Assembly (NCBI GenBank): GCA_047611045.1
Contig: JBLFXD010000001.1
Coordinates: forward strand, 1 to 28,097
Origin: Planctomycetaceae bacterium
GTDB taxonomy: Bacteria; Planctomycetota; Planctomycetia; Planctomycetales; Planctomycetaceae
Direction: 5' to 3'
Length of the DNA: 28,097 nucleotides
Part shown: in pieces, positions 26,277 through 28,097 of the stretch
How the letters are laid out: each line of letters opens with the position of its first letter
Numbering within the stretch: the first letter of the stretch is position 1
Notes under the pieces: generated by a model
Database searches by the model: none
What the model saw: only the letters and a program-made list of their open reading frames with translations
Told to the model about the DNA's origin: nothing
Translations under genes and position numbers: made by a program

Positions 26277-27656
26277 TCAAAGATCGGCCAGCGGGCGGTC
26301 CGCGTCGCCGAATTGTGGCAGACTGACGCTCATTCGATCCATCAGTGACAGGTACAGGCTGCACGCCCGTCGTTCTTCGTCGGGGCGATCGAGATAGTTC
26401 AGGATGCGCCCGGTCGACAGAGAACCCCCACCCTTGCCGGCAAGCACGACAGGCAGTCGGTCGGCCTGGTGCTTGTCTCCGTCAAACAGGTTGGAGCAGA
26501 GCATCAACAGAGAACTATCCAGCAGCGAGCGGCCGCCTTCGTCGATCTTTTTCAGTCGGTCGATCAGGTACGCGAACTGGCTGACGTGGAATTGATTCGT
26601 CTGCAGATACATCGCTTCCAGTTCTGGATCACGGCCGTTATGTGTCAGGTCCAGATGCAGGCTGCCCTGAACGCCTTTCAAAAAGCCGAAGTTCATCTGC
26701 GACAGATCGTTGTTCAACATGCACGTTGCGACGCGTGTCTTGTCCATCTGAAAGGCCAGCACGATGAGGTCGAGCATCAGCCGCATGTGATCGGGGATCT
26801 CCTGCGGCAGTTCATTCGCGGGTCGGGACAGATCGGGAGTCGTCAGCGATGGACGCCAGCCTTCGAGGCGTTCTTCCTTGGACGCTCGGTCGATCCGTTG
26901 TTCGATGCTTCGGATTGATTCGAGATACTCGTCAAGCTTCACTCGATCGCCCGCCGAAACTTGAGTGCGCAGCGACTTTGCATCGGCGAGTACCTGGTCG
27001 AGTATGCTGCGATCAAGTTTCCGCTCACCGTTGCCACCGACGATCTGATCAAACGCTCGAGCCGGATAGATCTCCTTGGTGGCGGGTTTCGTCGGACTCG
27101 CCCACGAAATGCACGATCCGTAAATCATCGACAGGCCGTCTTCCAGACGCAGTTCCGTTGGCTCAATGCCCAGCACCAGACTCGGGAGCAAAGTGTGGTG
27201 GCCAATCTGTTGAGCGAGCACCTGGTCCATCGAGCGGCCGACCCGGATGTCGTTCTGGTCCAGACTGACCCACGCTCCCGACAGCAGATTCGGCATGCGA
27301 CCCAGGTGAGCACTTGGATTGGCCACTGACTGCGCATTGAACAGCCCATCGATGATGACGAGGTCTTCGCGGTACGGTGTCAGCGGCTTCATGCCGGGTC
27401 CGAGCTGCATGTCGGCACCGCTGCCCTTCGCCCACCAGTGAGCCGGCTCGACGCCGTTTGAGAAGTAGAGGCAGGCAAACCGTGTCGGCGGCGACGCGGA
27501 ATTGTCGGTTGTCTTTTTCCCGGTTTCGGCCCGCAACGGCAGTGACATCAACCAGGGCAGGGCAAGGCTAGCGCCGCTTCCTTTCAGGAAGGAGCGTCGC
27601 GAAACACCGTCGTGCCAGGGATGTTCATGCTGAGTTTTATTCATTGACTGACTCAC
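26277..27656 (-). CDS. DUF1552 domain protein
   Basis: Motifs are [64 protein letters not shown] and [11 protein letters not shown]. An alternative start at 27644 overlaps the upstream stop. Confidence 0.9.
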   Translation of the reverse strand: MSQSMNKTQHEHPWHDGVSRRSFLKGSGASLALPWLMSLPLRAETGKKTTDNSASPPTRFACLYFSNGVEPAHWWAKGSGADMQLGPGMKPLTPYREDLVIIDGLFNAQSVANPSAHLGRMPNLLSGAWVSLDQNDIRVGRSMDQVLAQQIGHHTLLPSLVLGIEPTELRLEDGLSMIYGSCISWASPTKPATKEIYPARAFDQIVGGNGERKLDRSILDQVLADAKSLRTQVSAGDRVKLDEYLESIRSIEQRIDRASKEERLEGWRPSLTTPDLSRPANELPQEIPDHMRLMLDLIVLAFQMDKTRVATCMLNNDLSQMNFGFLKGVQGSLHLDLTHNGRDPELEAMYLQTNQFHVSQFAYLIDRLKKIDEGGRSLLDSSLLMLCSNLFDGDKHQADRLPVVLAGKGGGSLSTGRILNYLDRPDEERRACSLYLSLMDRMSVSLPQFGDADRPLADL

Positions 27657-28097
27657 TTGTCGTTCGCAACGAAGCCGAAGCGGCAGAGTTCTGACGATAA
27701 CGAAACTGGCGACTGGACACGATGCGTTCCATCAATTCTGCCATCCCATCACCATCGTGCATCTGCTGTTTTAGTCGCACGATCAGGGATCGGTCGCCCA
27801 CTGATTCCCGTCGACCGAGTGCGTATCCAAGTAGTCGGACAGCCAGCGTCTCGTGAAAACGTGGGATTTCACTCCGGAGATACTCGTGTAATTCCTCGAC
27901 GCCGGAAATCGTCCGGCCATCACGAAGTGAACCGGACGTTTCGACAGGGTTGTCGTCTCGGTAGTGAGTCCTCCAGCGTCCGATGGGGTCATAGTTTTCG
28001 AGAGCGAAACCGAAAGCGTCGAAGCGTGCGTGGCAGTTGTTGCAGGATGCGTCTCGCCGATGGGCGATCAAACGCTGACGAATCGAGAGCCCATCAC
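27637..28097 (-). CDS. C-terminal part of a DUF1592/DUF1588/DUF1585 cytochrome-like protein; 5'-partial
   Basis: The frame is open to the window edge: (D)[41 protein letters not shown]...LLGYALGR...IVSSRQF. It lies directly upstream of DUF1552, the usual pairing. Confidence 0.88.
   Translation of the reverse strand, partial: DGLSIRQRLIAHRRDASCNNCHARFDAFGFALENYDPIGRWRTHYRDDNPVETSGSLRDGRTISGVEELHEYLRSEIPRFHETLAVRLLGYALGRRESVGDRSLIVRLKQQMHDGDGMAELMERIVSSRQFRYRQNSAASASLRTTSESVNE

Overview
This 28.1 kb window is GC-rich bacterial DNA. Its gene content (DUF1501, DUF1552, DUF1588/DUF1585, a PVC-type haem protein and three PQQ/BamB-like propellers) points strongly to Planctomycetota. In order, it holds: a 5'-truncated FG-GAP/RTX surface protein; a minus-strand three-gene module (ECF sigma factor, a multi-TM putative anti-sigma fused to a beta-lactamase-fold serine hydrolase, and a second serine hydrolase); DUF1501 and an acetamidase/formamidase-family gene; a twin-arginine FMN alpha-hydroxy-acid oxidase divergent from an FAD oxidoreductase with a C-terminal tri-haem domain; a DoeB-like deacetylase; a PQQ-like propeller with EF-hands and a large hypothetical protein; and a minus-strand run of DUF1588/1585 (partial), DUF1552, PQQ-like, PVC haem and PQQ-like genes. 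Four intergenic palindromic elements from three families are present. The best candidate for an undescribed system is the ECF module: both hydrolases end in the same domain of about 100 aa that I cannot name, and the anti-sigma-fused copy has a degenerate active site, which fits a BlaR1-like sensor wired to an ECF sigma factor. All product calls come from reading motifs by eye. No database search was run.
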